Source: a virus (Duplodnaviria > Caudoviricetes). From it: DNA of 49,327 nucleotides. The stretch spans positions 1 through 49,327 of IMG/VR virus record IMGVR_UViG_3300020171_000041; one strand, 5' to 3'. The position numbers and the translations under genes were made by a program. The notes beneath the pieces were generated by a model. That model was given only the letters and a program-made list of their open reading frames with translations, was not told the DNA's origin and did no database searches. Shown in pieces: positions 28,380 through 39,120 of this stretch. Position 1 is the stretch's first letter; each line of letters starts with the position of its first letter.

Positions 28380-29649
28380 TTATTCTCCCTCTTAGATTTC
28401 TCTTATCAGAGAATTTAACTTTAGCGGTTAATGAGTTTAAACTAAAACTTCCACTCGTGACATAATCTGATTGCATATGGATTTTGAAATCATTTCCAGT
28501 TACCTTTTGTGTAAACACCCTTTGTGGATTAAGCTGCATCCAACCAAGTTGTAGAAAGTCAGTATTATATCCATACTTCGTACTCATGGCTCCATAAATA
28601 ATTGCATCAGTTGTAGTATCATATGTTAATCCAAGTTCAACAGCCTCAATTGTTTGCAGTCCTTGAGACCCAACATCAAATGGAGTAGTAGCAAGACGAA
28701 TCTTTGTATCTGCATTATCTTTATAAAAGCCACATTGAATGTTATTAAAATTACATACACTTGTGGCACATTGGTTTGTCGAATACATTCCAAATTTATT
28801 AAACACAAAGGAATAAGTTCCATTCGAGATATAAAACTTTTTCTTACTTGAATCATATCTTACAATAATTCTGCCAGTCATGGTTTTTAAATACTGACTA
28901 TAACCGGTATTTGCTCTCTTTTTCCTTGTGGCGATATTCCAATTATAATTATTATCAATATACCCATGAACAGTTTCATCACCATCAATTGCATCTTTAG
29001 AAAGAATCCCCGGGCGTTCAACAACATCTACTCCAAAACCAGTTGTTTTTCCAACAGTGTAGGGTTTAAGATTAGTAATCCCCCTATCACCATATACTCG
29101 CACAGAGTTACCAAGAGGAAGAATTCTATATACTTTCCCATTATTATTCTCATCCCACGGCATTGGAGCAAAACCAGCAGAGACGTAATCTTCTGGATCA
29201 ATTCCAGTACTTCCAATCTCACTCCATACAACTATACAAGGACTAAGGCTTGTCCATGGAGCAGCAGTAGATGTTATTCCTCCAACAAGAAACTGCCCCA
29301 GATAATTACAACAAGTATTCCCAACTGGTATTGTACTGGAAGCAATTTCTGCTACAGCTCCAGTTGATGGATTCTTGGCAAACAGCCTCTTCCCTGTAGT
29401 AAGCTCCACAGCGATGATATAATAATTAATAAAGTCTGCCACATCAACAGAAACTATTGTAGCCTTTGTTCCAATCACAACTCTTTCTGTTGCTGTCCAT
29501 GTATTTGCCGCATTGGTTAGTTCATACAACGAGACATCATTATCAGCCTTAATTGCCACAACAAGATTATAGTATGATGTAAAAAATGCTTGTGGCCATG
29601 GCCAATTGGCTCCTACTGTCCATATTCCTGTTCCCGAAGATATTGTCAT
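28369..29649 (-). CDS. Tail nozzle/stabilization protein (tubular protein B or P22 gp10-like)
   Basis: Beta-rich; VVWSEIG; gene position. Confidence 0.65.
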   Translation of the reverse strand: MTISSGTGIWTVGANWPWPQAFFTSYYNLVVAIKADNDVSLYELTNAANTWTATERVVIGTKATIVSVDVADFINYYIIAVELTTGKRLFAKNPSTGAVAEIASSTIPVGNTCCNYLGQFLVGGITSTAAPWTSLSPCIVVWSEIGSTGIDPEDYVSAGFAPMPWDENNNGKVYRILPLGNSVRVYGDRGITNLKPYTVGKTTGFGVDVVERPGILSKDAIDGDETVHGYIDNNYNWNIATRKKRANTGYSQYLKTMTGRIIVRYDSSKKKFYISNGTYSFVFNKFGMYSTNQCATSVCNFNNIQCGFYKDNADTKIRLATTPFDVGSQGLQTIEAVELGLTYDTTTDAIIYGAMSTKYGYNTDFLQLGWMQLNPQRVFTQKVTGNDFKIHMQSDYVTSGSFSLNSLTAKVKFSDKRNLRGRINAN

Positions 29650-29652
29650 AAT

Positions 29653-32600
29653 CTAATTCCCCGCCCATGTTGCTCTTAATGTACCGTCTACGTACATATA
29701 AAAGTTAGGTGCTGACCAATTTATTTCAAGATAACTACCGCTTCTTAATCTTATTTTAGCTGCACTTCCTGTGCCAGTTCCCATAAACTGTCCCCCGCAT
29801 ACCATATTACTATCAGCTCCCATTGAACCAGTCACATTTAAATCACCTGTAAGTTTTCCTGCGCCACCTTCTGATATTGATGTTACACCAGAAAGAGCTC
29901 CGTTCATTGTTATAGAAGTAACACCAGTTACTGCACCAGCAATATCTGCAGCACCATTAATGTCTAATGATCCACCAACTACTTGTCCAGTTCCTGCAGA
30001 AAGATTCCCGCCAGTAATGGTTCCTCCAGCATTAACTGTAGTGTTTACTTGTAATGCTCCCCACACATTCAGCGGAGACGTTGATCCACTTGATCCAAGA
30101 TTAAATGTAGTTCCGTTAGGAGAGGATAATGTATTTGCTGTGGCGGTTAAGTATGGAGTTCCTCCTGCTGAAAGAGCACTGACAGTAGCTCCTGTGGAAA
30201 CTGCCGCAAAATTAATCGTTTGTTCAAACACATCCATTGTACTATCAGCGAGTAGGATTCCATAAGCTACTGTATGATCTGCAACTGTTGTGCTTACTCC
30301 AAGTTGATAAGGACAAAATGTATGAGCATAAACTCCATTGTCACTAACCACTTTTCCAGAATCAACCAAATTAGCCGCATCCCAGGCAAAGTATATCTTT
30401 GCTCCAACATCACATCCAGTGAACATAGCGGTTGTTAAATAATCTCCGCTATAACCATACTCAGGCCCAACATAAGCAGTTAATGTTTCTTGCTTATACA
30501 TCCACATCTGACTTCTTTGTACAATATCATAACTACTGTAATTAGCAACAGCTCCTGCAAACGAAGTAGTAGTTGTTCCAGCAACTACAGAAGCATAATA
30601 AGCATCGAGATCAAAGAACAATGAACTTGTTGAAAGCAATTCAACATTAAGAACATTATCATCCACTCCATTATTCGTAGCTAACCACGCAAGAACTGTA
30701 AATGCCCACCACATATGACCAAAGGAATCTATATGCCCCCAATCTACATTGCATCCAAGTCTGGCAATTTTCCATAAATCAACATGGAAGTTGTCGTCAT
30801 AGATTGCATTAAGAGCTGTAGCCACATTCCCCCACATCTGATGCTTAGCAAGATTAGTTGCTCCAACGGAAGTTCCAAGCCAGGTAGCATTATTAACCCT
30901 TACGCCTGTTTGACCTTTATAGGTTATTGTTGAATGGGAATAAGTAATTGCAGCAGTGTTTGTAAGAGCTCCAGGATATAATCCTAAAGTTGCTACATCA
31001 TGTGGATATTCGTTTATTAAAACAATTTGAGCACTCGGCAGCCCTGCTTTCAAAGCATTATAAACATCCGTACCATCCTGAATAATCTGCGCCTGAGTTC
31101 TTGTATTTGCATAAATACTATCATTAATACCAAGAGCAACAAAAACTATATCTGCTCCATGAGCTATGCATTGTTGAACCTGAGTTCTTGTTCCAGATTC
31201 ATGAGTGGTAGCGTCTGTATAAGCAAGATAAAATGTCGATCCTGCTACAGCCCAATTCTTAACATTAATATTCAATCCCATTTGATTAGTCATCTTCTTC
31301 AATTGATCTGCCCAAGTATCACGAAACGCATATGCTTGTGAGAGACTATCACCGATAATGGCAATATTAATCTCTGGAGCAGAAAATGGAGAGGAGCCAG
31401 AACCAAAGGAAGTAAAGTTTGTAGGAGTATCTTCTGTATGACTGAAGGTATTTCCCAAATCGTATACTTCAATTCCAGGACCAGACCAGGCAATTGACAT
31501 TCTACTTGAGGATACTGTATAACCTTCACTCACAGCGTTATAAAAACCATTTGATGAAAGAAGAATTTTTGTTGCCGTTGAAGGAGCACTTGTGCCAATT
31601 AAGATGTGATTAGTTACATCATTTGTAAGTCTATTAAACACACAGTTGCTAATCGAATGAGAAAGATCATATGTAGTGTTACTAAGAATAACCTGTGAAC
31701 CATAATTATTCTCAAAATAAGTGCCTATTATGTTTACTCCTGATCTTCCTTCAATACCGCCACCAGATACTTGTAGCCCAAAGTTTGCTCCTCCAGGACC
31801 TTGAGAGTAAAGATCAATACCATTACCCTCAAAAGATCCTCCATAGAAATTAACTGGAGTGCCTTCCGTAAACCACATTCCCCATTCTTTGTTTAATGCT
31901 GTCACCACATTATCAAAAATATGTGCATTAGGACCAGTAAAATAATCTCCATCTGGTGCAGACTCTACTACTCCTCTTTCAAATTTAGCCCCATAAAAAT
32001 TATATGTTAAATGACAGTTTGAAAATCTACAAGTTACAGTATCTACTCCATAGATTCCATAAGAACATTCAGCAACATAAAGTTCATCTGTGTGAACAAA
32101 AGCTGCGTCAACTAACAAAAGTCCGATTGAAGCAAAGGCTGTTGTAGAATAAAGCGACATTCCAGAAATTCTTTGATAACTGTTTACGCCAAGAGATGTA
32201 AGACTATCTCCTAACCCTTTAATTGATATAACTGCACTATCTTCTCCATGAATCTTTGTAATATGAACCCCATCACCAATGATGCTTATACGATTAAGAT
32301 TAGCATCAGCCGGGTTTATTATTTCTATTCCGTCAATGTAATAATCTCCACCTGGGATATATAAAATACCTCTTCCACCAGCCGCAGCAAGTGCTGCAAG
32401 CGCCGCATTTTTTCCAATAATATCTTGCGCCTGTCCTCCAACACCTGTACCAACTGCGCCATAGGTTTTCATATTTACAATGAACGCGTTTGGAGTGGTT
32501 AAGAGAGTGTGTTGAGCAGCAGTTAAATGGTAATACTCACTCGCTGCGCCTCCTTGCAGATTACTCAACTCAGCATGATCTCCAGGAGTAGAAGAAGTAA

Positions 32601-34116
32601 AACTAATATCAGTAACACTTGCAATTTCTGTAAAAACAACTGCGTCTTTTGCAACAATAATTTTTGCTCTAAGAACTCCCATCTCTTCTACATGGGTTGG
32701 AAGGCTTGATGGAGGTTGGGCGGCCTGGGCTTCGAGGAGTTTATAACTCCCTTGCCCATACAAGACATATGTATGAACATGCCCTCCTTTATAAACCCAA
32801 TGAACTCCATATCGAGCAACTCCAATAGCAGTTAGTCCAGTCGCAACATCATTATAATTTGCTGAATCAATTGCAGATGCGGAAGTTTCTACCCATCCAG
32901 GTGTTGCAAGATCTCCGTCATAGTAATAATACTTAAAAGTATCCGCAGCCCCTGCAGGATTGGTATCAATACCTTCGGTAATAATACGATTATTTCCAGC
33001 GTGCATAATCCCAGCAGATATGGAAATATTCAAAGTTCCAGTTTCACCAACAATTGCTCCAGATACAAAATGCAATCCTTCATCTTCAAGCTGAACTTGG
33101 TGAGATCGTTTAGCGAGATCTTCAATGCGTAATCCAGAATTTAAAATATCAATTATTGTATCTTCTTTATATACTTTTCCAAGATTGAATATTGTATGTC
33201 CATTTGCAACATTCGTAATAGTAGTCTGGAAAATAGGAGTTCCAGAATTATAATTAACAGCTATATAATTAATCGAATCGTTTGTAAGAACTAAAGTAGT
33301 TGATTCTTCAATATTGAAGAAATAATTATCTCCAATAATAGAATCGGTAGATTTGATTATCCCTTCACAGACTGAAACAGTAATTGTTCCATCGCCATCA
33401 TCTGTGATCATTCCTCCAGAAATGACTCCTGCAGATTGGATTGTATTATTCCAGTCTTGTATAGTAGTATATGCAGCAGGAAAAATATTCTCAAGTTCAA
33501 TTAAAGATTCTCCATATAACATAACAGCATTTGTACTTGGAATATTTGTTGTGCTATCAGTTATGTTTTGAGTTAATTGAGAAGCTTTTAGTTGTAAGTC
33601 ATTAGTAACATTTGGAAGAGTTTCATGTGGATTTGATCCATCAGTTATTGCTCTATGAGCATTGTTAAATACCACATCATCATGATCCTTACCATCAGAA
33701 GTTCTATGCGTATCATTTAACTCTACATGTGAATGGTCAGTCCCATCGGAACCAACATGCGTAGTATTTGTTTTAGTTGTAAGACCAAGTTCTTGCAGAA
33801 CTGCTTCTACATTAGTTCCAGTAAAATAATCTCCAGAATCAACAACAGAAACATTACCCGCAGTATTTATAACTCCCGCCTCATTAATCGTAATAATCAA
33901 AATCCATCTTTTATTCCCTGCATTAGCATCAGGCATAATAACATCAGGAGAACTTTCCATTGCGCCAGAAGTAGCACTTAGGATATAAACATAGAACGTA
34001 TCTTCATTTATAACAAAAGCTCGATAACCATCAAGGAGTTCATTCCCATCTATCCCATCAAGACTACTCTCAACTCCTCCGGTCAAAGTATTCTTATAAA
34101 AGATTTTGCTTGCCAT
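29653..34116 (-). CDS. Tailspike/fibre with pectin-lyase-like beta-helix and SGNH esterase
   Basis: VNMKTYGAVG..LYIPGGDY; IGDSLS, AVAGS, LGIND, DWGH. Confidence 0.85.
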   Translation of the reverse strand: MASKIFYKNTLTGGVESSLDGIDGNELLDGYRAFVINEDTFYVYILSATSGAMESSPDVIMPDANAGNKRWILIITINEAGVINTAGNVSVVDSGDYFTGTNVEAVLQELGLTTKTNTTHVGSDGTDHSHVELNDTHRTSDGKDHDDVVFNNAHRAITDGSNPHETLPNVTNDLQLKASQLTQNITDSTTNIPSTNAVMLYGESLIELENIFPAAYTTIQDWNNTIQSAGVISGGMITDDGDGTITVSVCEGIIKSTDSIIGDNYFFNIEESTTLVLTNDSINYIAVNYNSGTPIFQTTITNVANGHTIFNLGKVYKEDTIIDILNSGLRIEDLAKRSHQVQLEDEGLHFVSGAIVGETGTLNISISAGIMHAGNNRIITEGIDTNPAGAADTFKYYYYDGDLATPGWVETSASAIDSANYNDVATGLTAIGVARYGVHWVYKGGHVHTYVLYGQGSYKLLEAQAAQPPSSLPTHVEEMGVLRAKIIVAKDAVVFTEIASVTDISFTSSTPGDHAELSNLQGGAASEYYHLTAAQHTLLTTPNAFIVNMKTYGAVGTGVGGQAQDIIGKNAALAALAAAGGRGILYIPGGDYYIDGIEIINPADANLNRISIIGDGVHITKIHGEDSAVISIKGLGDSLTSLGVNSYQRISGMSLYSTTAFASIGLLLVDAAFVHTDELYVAECSYGIYGVDTVTCRFSNCHLTYNFYGAKFERGVVESAPDGDYFTGPNAHIFDNVVTALNKEWGMWFTEGTPVNFYGGSFEGNGIDLYSQGPGGANFGLQVSGGGIEGRSGVNIIGTYFENNYGSQVILSNTTYDLSHSISNCVFNRLTNDVTNHILIGTSAPSTATKILLSSNGFYNAVSEGYTVSSSRMSIAWSGPGIEVYDLGNTFSHTEDTPTNFTSFGSGSSPFSAPEINIAIIGDSLSQAYAFRDTWADQLKKMTNQMGLNINVKNWAVAGSTFYLAYTDATTHESGTRTQVQQCIAHGADIVFVALGINDSIYANTRTQAQIIQDGTDVYNALKAGLPSAQIVLINEYPHDVATLGLYPGALTNTAAITYSHSTITYKGQTGVRVNNATWLGTSVGATNLAKHQMWGNVATALNAIYDDNFHVDLWKIARLGCNVDWGHIDSFGHMWWAFTVLAWLATNNGVDDNVLNVELLSTSSLFFDLDAYYASVVAGTTTTSFAGAVANYSSYDIVQRSQMWMYKQETLTAYVGPEYGYSGDYLTTAMFTGCDVGAKIYFAWDAANLVDSGKVVSDNGVYAHTFCPYQLGVSTTVADHTVAYGILLADSTMDVFEQTINFAAVSTGATVSALSAGGTPYLTATANTLSSPNGTTFNLGSSGSTSPLNVWGALQVNTTVNAGGTITGGNLSAGTGQVVGGSLDINGAADIAGAVTGVTSITMNGALSGVTSISEGGAGKLTGDLNVTGSMGADSNMVCGGQFMGTGTGSAAKIRLRSGSYLEINWSAPNFYMYVDGTLRATWAGN

Positions 34117-34128
34117 TATACATATCCT

Positions 34129-34404
34129 TTAAGAGTCTTGCCAAATATCAGAACCATGATCTTCCCATACATACTCCTGATTATCTTCCCACACATTTGA
34201 ACCCATTTCAGGAGAAGAACTTGCGGGAGTTCCCCAGGCGTATCCTGTGGCATTTAAATCTATCATGAGTTCATGAAGATCATAATCATCCTTTACAGGC
34301 TCAAGATTGTGACATTCGCTCAAAGATATTATTTTCTTACTAAATACCTTGGATGGATAAAGACCTTTGAAAATACTATTAATTGGAAGATTAAACTCTT
34401 TCAT
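34129..34404 (-). CDS. Small virion protein, possibly detached nozzle N-terminus
   Basis: KGL..LSECHNLEP; C-terminal Trp repeat WED..WED..WQD. Confidence 0.6.
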   Translation of the reverse strand: MKEFNLPINSIFKGLYPSKVFSKKIISLSECHNLEPVKDDYDLHELMIDLNATGYAWGTPASSSPEMGSNVWEDNQEYVWEDHGSDIWQDS

Positions 34405-34406
34405 AG

Positions 34407-34889
34407 TTACTCTCCAATAAGCTCAGAAAGAATAATTTGTTTCCTTGTCTCGAAGTTTTGTTCAAAGTCAATAAGAACAGAAATAAAAATCCCTGTAATA
34501 ACACATTCTTTATCAATGTTTGTTTGATAGATTTCAATAAAATCCTCATCATTTACCATGATATCTAATGGATGAATTAGAGATAATTCTTTTGAAGATA
34601 TTTTAAATTCTCTTTTTTCATTCTTTGAATTTATAATTATCTTGTACTCCGGGATATCTTTTCCAACAAGGGAAGTAAGTTTAAATAAAACCTTCCGGAG
34701 CTTCCCACTGAATAAAGCCATTTTGAATAAATTTCCACTTGCATCAGGAGCTTCTTTAAAAGTATGAACTAATGAAGAAGGAGTGAATGAGATTAAATCA
34801 CTTGAGTTTCTTCGTATTACTCGCTCAAGAACAGTTTCTATCTTTTTAAAGTTCTCTTCTGTAGAGCCTTTAAGCTGTAATTTTTGCAT
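34407..34889 (-). CDS. Hypothetical protein
   Basis: AAGGAG RBS before ATG 34889. Confidence 0.6.
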   Translation of the reverse strand: MQKLQLKGSTEENFKKIETVLERVIRRNSSDLISFTPSSLVHTFKEAPDASGNLFKMALFSGKLRKVLFKLTSLVGKDIPEYKIIINSKNEKREFKISSKELSLIHPLDIMVNDEDFIEIYQTNIDKECVITGIFISVLIDFEQNFETRKQIILSELIGE

Positions 34890-35211
34890 CTTTAATCTCC
34901 TTAATCTTTTGCTTAACCATTGGGATTGCTTTAGCAAAAACTTCTTCAACACTTAGCTCAGGATTTTCTGCAGAAATTGTGTTTATAATTCCTTGGGCAA
35001 GTGGTTTATGGTTTTTAAATTCCTCATTGTCCTTGTAGAAATTCTCAACCGTTGTGGTATAGTTTGCATTATTTTGCACAAATTTTAGAACAAGAACTGG
35101 GATGGAAAGAAGAAGATCTTGTTTTATCTTCTCACCATAATCTTTCATATAAGAGTTGAATTTATCAACATCTTCAAAGAGTTCTAATAACTCATCATTT
35201 GTCTTAATCAT
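34870..35211 (-). CDS. Hypothetical helical protein
   Basis: Operon packing. Confidence 0.65.
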   Translation of the reverse strand: MIKTNDELLELFEDVDKFNSYMKDYGEKIKQDLLLSIPVLVLKFVQNNANYTTTVENFYKDNEEFKNHKPLAQGIINTISAENPELSVEEVFAKAIPMVKQKIKEIKDAKITA

Positions 35212-35216
35212 TTTTA

Positions 35217-35942
35217 TTACCCCTTAAGTTGATCTACATCATGAGCTTCTTCTTCAATAAAGTCATGGTTTAATTTTTTTATTGCTATAGAAATAAAATT
35301 ATCCCAATCCTTAACTCCTTCGGAGTTTCGATTATGGATTTCCAAATCTCTCCGAGCAGCCATAAGGAGTAAACCTGGGTGCATAGTTGCCCAATAATTA
35401 TTATCAGTATCACTGGATAATTCTTTCTGTTCAAACTTTCCAGTAATTTCAACTACAAGGGCTTCCTCTGCAGGAGGTACGATTATCAAACCAGTGTAAT
35501 CATACTTAGTGTCTGATTCTGCATGAGTGAGATTTATAAAGGTTCCGAGACTTACTTGCGATGTGGTTTCTAAGGCCATCAAATTTGCCAACGCATAATA
35601 ACCTGGTGCACCAGAAGTAACTGCAGAGGCAAGTTCGGAGTAACAGGTTTTAAGGTCTTTAAGTTCAACCTTCTCAAGTTCATATCTTTCAGAAGTTGAA
35701 TTGACAAAAACCCCTGTAACATTTCTACATTGATTTTGAAACGTGATGGAGTATCCGTTAATTGCAAGCGGAAGAAATACTTGTGCAAGCATAGGACGAT
35801 TTTCGATTAATCCAGACAAGTATTTTTGTCCTTCATATATATGAAAATTTGCACCATTATCAGCATAAGCAGTCGTATCCACGACCAAGTCATATCGCCC
35901 TGATAATTGCACAAGTTTTGTTCTCAAAGCAAGTAAGTTCAT
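35217..35942 (-). CDS. Head-tail adaptor (tubular protein A-like)
   Basis: Follows MCP; MNL..LR..P..NYW..HP.LLL.AA pattern. Confidence 0.7.
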   Translation of the reverse strand: MNLLALRTKLVQLSGRYDLVVDTTAYADNGANFHIYEGQKYLSGLIENRPMLAQVFLPLAINGYSITFQNQCRNVTGVFVNSTSERYELEKVELKDLKTCYSELASAVTSGAPGYYALANLMALETTSQVSLGTFINLTHAESDTKYDYTGLIIVPPAEEALVVEITGKFEQKELSSDTDNNYWATMHPGLLLMAARRDLEIHNRNSEGVKDWDNFISIAIKKLNHDFIEEEAHDVDQLKG

Positions 35943-35972
35943 TATTTAATCTCCGAATATCCGGGAATGGGT

Positions 35973-36006
35973 AACTCGGCAAGGATGCCTTCACACCCCT
36001 GCCGAG
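35973..36006 (-). terminator. Stem-loop downstream of MCP
   Basis: CTCGGCAAGG / CCCTGCCGAG. Confidence 0.55.
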
Positions 36007-36037
36007 GTTGTTCACTTTATGAACAGCGATTAGTCAG

Positions 36038-37360
36038 TTATGACGCAGTGTTGTCAAGACCAAATCCATACAAATAACCCCAACCATTTGGATTCTGATA
36101 CTCAATACCACGCTCAGTGAGGTATTCTTCCTTAATACCGTCTCGGCGAGTATAACCAGTGTTGGTCTGTGCAATGCCTTCACCAATAAACTTCGTATCA
36201 CGATTCCGGAGAGGCCGATACACCAAATTCTCAGGTTCAATAATAACCATGATCCGTCTGGTCGTAGTTTCATAATTAAACAATGGATGCATGATCAATC
36301 CGATAGAACCAAAAGGAGTCTTCCATTCTTTAATTGCCATCCCATACAAAGTCGTATCAGGACCCCAAGAGTAATCTCCACCATTCTGCACGAGTTTGTT
36401 CAACGCAGCTACAGTAAGAGAACCACAGAAAGCCAGTTTCATTTTCTTGCCATAACGGAAGATGATTTCCAACTGCTCATCTAACCAGTCAGCACCACCA
36501 GATAACCATGTCTGCCCAGCATAGTCAGTATTAAGGACATAATCATCAACAGTACCAGATGCTCCACCATGTCCAAGATACCCACCTTTGATTGCAGGAA
36601 TGATCCCCATTGTGGTCCGGATGGGTTTACCATTAGCTCCAGTTCCGACACTCGGGATACTCCACCAAGTATTCTTTTCCAGAAGAATTGAATGATCCTG
36701 GAGGGTTTCTTTCTGGAGTTTTGCATACGCCTGAGGATTGGTTCTCAGATTAGTTTCCATTGCCGTTCCAGTGATTTCCAACGGAGTTCGCAGGATCTGA
36801 GTATAATTATACCACTCAGTCGGATCGTAGGAAATAGAATCAGGCATACCAGCGCCTTCTTCGTTTGCTGAACCAATAGCAAGGATTCTGTCTGCGTTAG
36901 CAAGAGTATGGGAGTCTCCAGAGTTATCATCAGCTTCCAGCAATTTAACCTGTACATATGAACTTGAGCCAGATTCAACCCGATCAACTACAAGACCAAT
37001 ACAATCTGTTGACATATCAGAGGCATCACGCAGGATAACCTGATGAGAGACAATGAATTTCATGATATCCGCAGCAGTCATTTTGACATAAATCATCGCC
37101 CCAATTGCAGCACCTGAAACATAAGCAACAGATAAACCAGCATCAGAATATACCCCGGTGATATCTGCTGCATGAGAAGGCAGACCTTGTGTCCACCAAT
37201 GCCATACAGGAGAATCAAGCGGTTTAGTTTGCATCTTACTCATGATTGCCGTAAGGGGAGCATCACCATTCGGAAACCAATAAAGAATTGCCTCGTTCCA
37301 GTTTTCCGGCATTTGATTTGCTACCCAATCACCAGTTCCTCTCATTCCATAAAAAGCCAT
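36038..37360 (-). CDS. Major capsid protein (DUF5309/SU10-like)
   Basis: APLTAIM..WW, EEG..P..NYTQI.R..ITGT, RTTMGI, TPFG..HP. Confidence 0.85.
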   Translation of the reverse strand: MAFYGMRGTGDWVANQMPENWNEAILYWFPNGDAPLTAIMSKMQTKPLDSPVWHWWTQGLPSHAADITGVYSDAGLSVAYVSGAAIGAMIYVKMTAADIMKFIVSHQVILRDASDMSTDCIGLVVDRVESGSSSYVQVKLLEADDNSGDSHTLANADRILAIGSANEEGAGMPDSISYDPTEWYNYTQILRTPLEITGTAMETNLRTNPQAYAKLQKETLQDHSILLEKNTWWSIPSVGTGANGKPIRTTMGIIPAIKGGYLGHGGASGTVDDYVLNTDYAGQTWLSGGADWLDEQLEIIFRYGKKMKLAFCGSLTVAALNKLVQNGGDYSWGPDTTLYGMAIKEWKTPFGSIGLIMHPLFNYETTTRRIMVIIEPENLVYRPLRNRDTKFIGEGIAQTNTGYTRRDGIKEEYLTERGIEYQNPNGWGYLYGFGLDNTAS

Positions 37361-37401
37361 AATATTATTCCTTATATTTTAATTAATTTATTAACTATCT
37401 A

Positions 37402-38331
37402 CTAAGCACCAGAGAATGGAGTAGCAGGATTAGAACCAGTTGGGCACTGCATTTGAGCAAAGACCATCCATTTATCAGTAGCCATATCAATGAACTGAAT
37501 AAAATCACCAACGGCTCCACCAGTTGAGGTTCCATTAAGAGTCATGATTTCATCAGTTGCCGCAGGAGCATATGCTGCCTGTGCTGCTGCATCCTTATCA
37601 AGAATGTTTACACTCCCAAAAAAGGAACAGTTGCCAGCATCAGCAGTTGTAAAGATAGTGTTGCTGGTATTAACTTCATTCATGATAAAAGTATACTTTG
37701 CTCCACTTCCAGTTGCCTCAGGCAGAGTATAGGTATATTCTGCACCTGTGCCTGTAATAACACAGGTTTTACCTTCATGAAGAACTTCTGTAATCGCAGC
37801 CGTACCAGTTAAAGCTACTTTTCTTGTGCTAACATCACAAGCACGATTAACTTCTGCAGCAGTTGCCAGATTATTGATCTTCGCAATTGTAACAACACCA
37901 GCATTGTTCATAGTAATGTCTTGACTAAGAGCAACACTTGTCATTGTAGTACCATTACCAACAAGAATCTGAGTAGTTGTTTTACCATCAAGAGCTGTCG
38001 CTGCACCGGAGGCATTACCAATCAGGACACTCCCTTGAGCAAGAGTAATTTCATCAGCAGTTATAGCTCCAATTGCATTAAACACACAGGAAGTTGTAGT
38101 GCCGATATTTTCATACAATCCGGATGATCCAGTCACAACATTCCTGTCAATAAAAAGGCATCCTTTCGCATACCCTGCAGTTGCATTTACCGGAACATCC
38201 AAGCCTGTAGCCCGAGAGATCTTTCCTTGAAAATCCCGTTCTAAGACCGTGATGTCCGCAGTAGTACCTGCAACACCATTGCCAAGTTTCTCTCCATAAA
38301 GATGGAGAAGTCGAATATATTCAGTTTTCAA
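37402..38331 (-). CDS. Putative capsid decoration/head fibre protein
   Basis: TTG start with AGGAGG; fibre-like LAQGSVLIGNASG; C-terminal TLPEATGSG module. Confidence 0.65.
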   Translation of the reverse strand: MKTEYIRLLHLYGEKLGNGVAGTTADITVLERDFQGKISRATGLDVPVNATAGYAKGCLFIDRNVVTGSSGLYENIGTTTSCVFNAIGAITADEITLAQGSVLIGNASGAATALDGKTTTQILVGNGTTMTSVALSQDITMNNAGVVTIAKINNLATAAEVNRACDVSTRKVALTGTAAITEVLHEGKTCVITGTGAEYTYTLPEATGSGAKYTFIMNEVNTSNTIFTTADAGNCSFFGSVNILDKDAAAQAAYAPAATDEIMTLNGTSTGGAVGDFIQFIDMATDKWMVFAQMQCPTGSNPATPFSGA

Positions 38332-38342
38332 ACCATACCTCC

Positions 38343-39107
38343 TTATTGAAGACCAACTTCCAGATTAATCAAGATTATTGTATCACAAAGATTAGCTGCT
38401 TGCAAGAATTGGAAGAACGGAATAAATGAATCGCCAGTATCAAGAGTTACAGCAGCAGTCACTGTCGGAGCAACACCATCAATCTTAAAGGTAGCTACGC
38501 CTGCAGTTGAGACATAGACTTCCAACTCGTGTGTTTCAGTATCGGCCCAATCATCAGTTGTATCAGTCGTGGAGATACCCGCGGAATTGAGATTCGTGGA
38601 AACACTAATGTTGCCAGAAACCACATTCAGGGTTGCAAAGTCAGTGTAAGCTGTTGCATCTGCATTATGTGCAGCAGCTTTACGAAAGCCAAACATGCAG
38701 AGGTCAGTCCCAGATACATCAGCAAGAGAGAATTTGAGCTTGCCATAAAATGCACCAGCACCAACTTTGTATGATTTCTCCGGAACAATAACTGCACCAG
38801 CACCAGAGAAGTCAATTTCTCTTCCATCATTATCTGTCTGATCTCCAGCAACATCCAGACCAGTTGCCGCAATTACCGGGGCAATAAGAGTCTGGCCTAC
38901 AATTGGAGTAGTAAGAAATGTATTCTTCCCCATATGCATAAGACTTGCGCTTGTAGCTGTTGCTGCAGAACCAAGAGCAGCAGACATAACAGGTGCAACC
39001 TTAAAATCTTCAACGATCATTTTCTTGTTATTACCCTCATTAACCCTTCCTTCAAACTCGCCATTACCTTTATGCAATCCTGTGAAAAACTTTCCTTCAC
39101 CGCTCAT
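38343..39107 (-). CDS. Putative capsid decoration protein
   Basis: Beta-rich; located in head operon. Confidence 0.6.
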   Translation of the reverse strand: MSGEGKFFTGLHKGNGEFEGRVNEGNNKKMIVEDFKVAPVMSAALGSAATATSASLMHMGKNTFLTTPIVGQTLIAPVIAATGLDVAGDQTDNDGREIDFSGAGAVIVPEKSYKVGAGAFYGKLKFSLADVSGTDLCMFGFRKAAAHNADATAYTDFATLNVVSGNISVSTNLNSAGISTTDTTDDWADTETHELEVYVSTAGVATFKIDGVAPTVTAAVTLDTGDSFIPFFQFLQAANLCDTIILINLEVGLQ

Positions 39108-39120
39108 AATAGAACTCCTT

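Noticed and set aside
32081-32098. Additional palindrome copy AGTTCA-N6-TGAACA
   Set aside because: Wrong spacer length and first base; not counted
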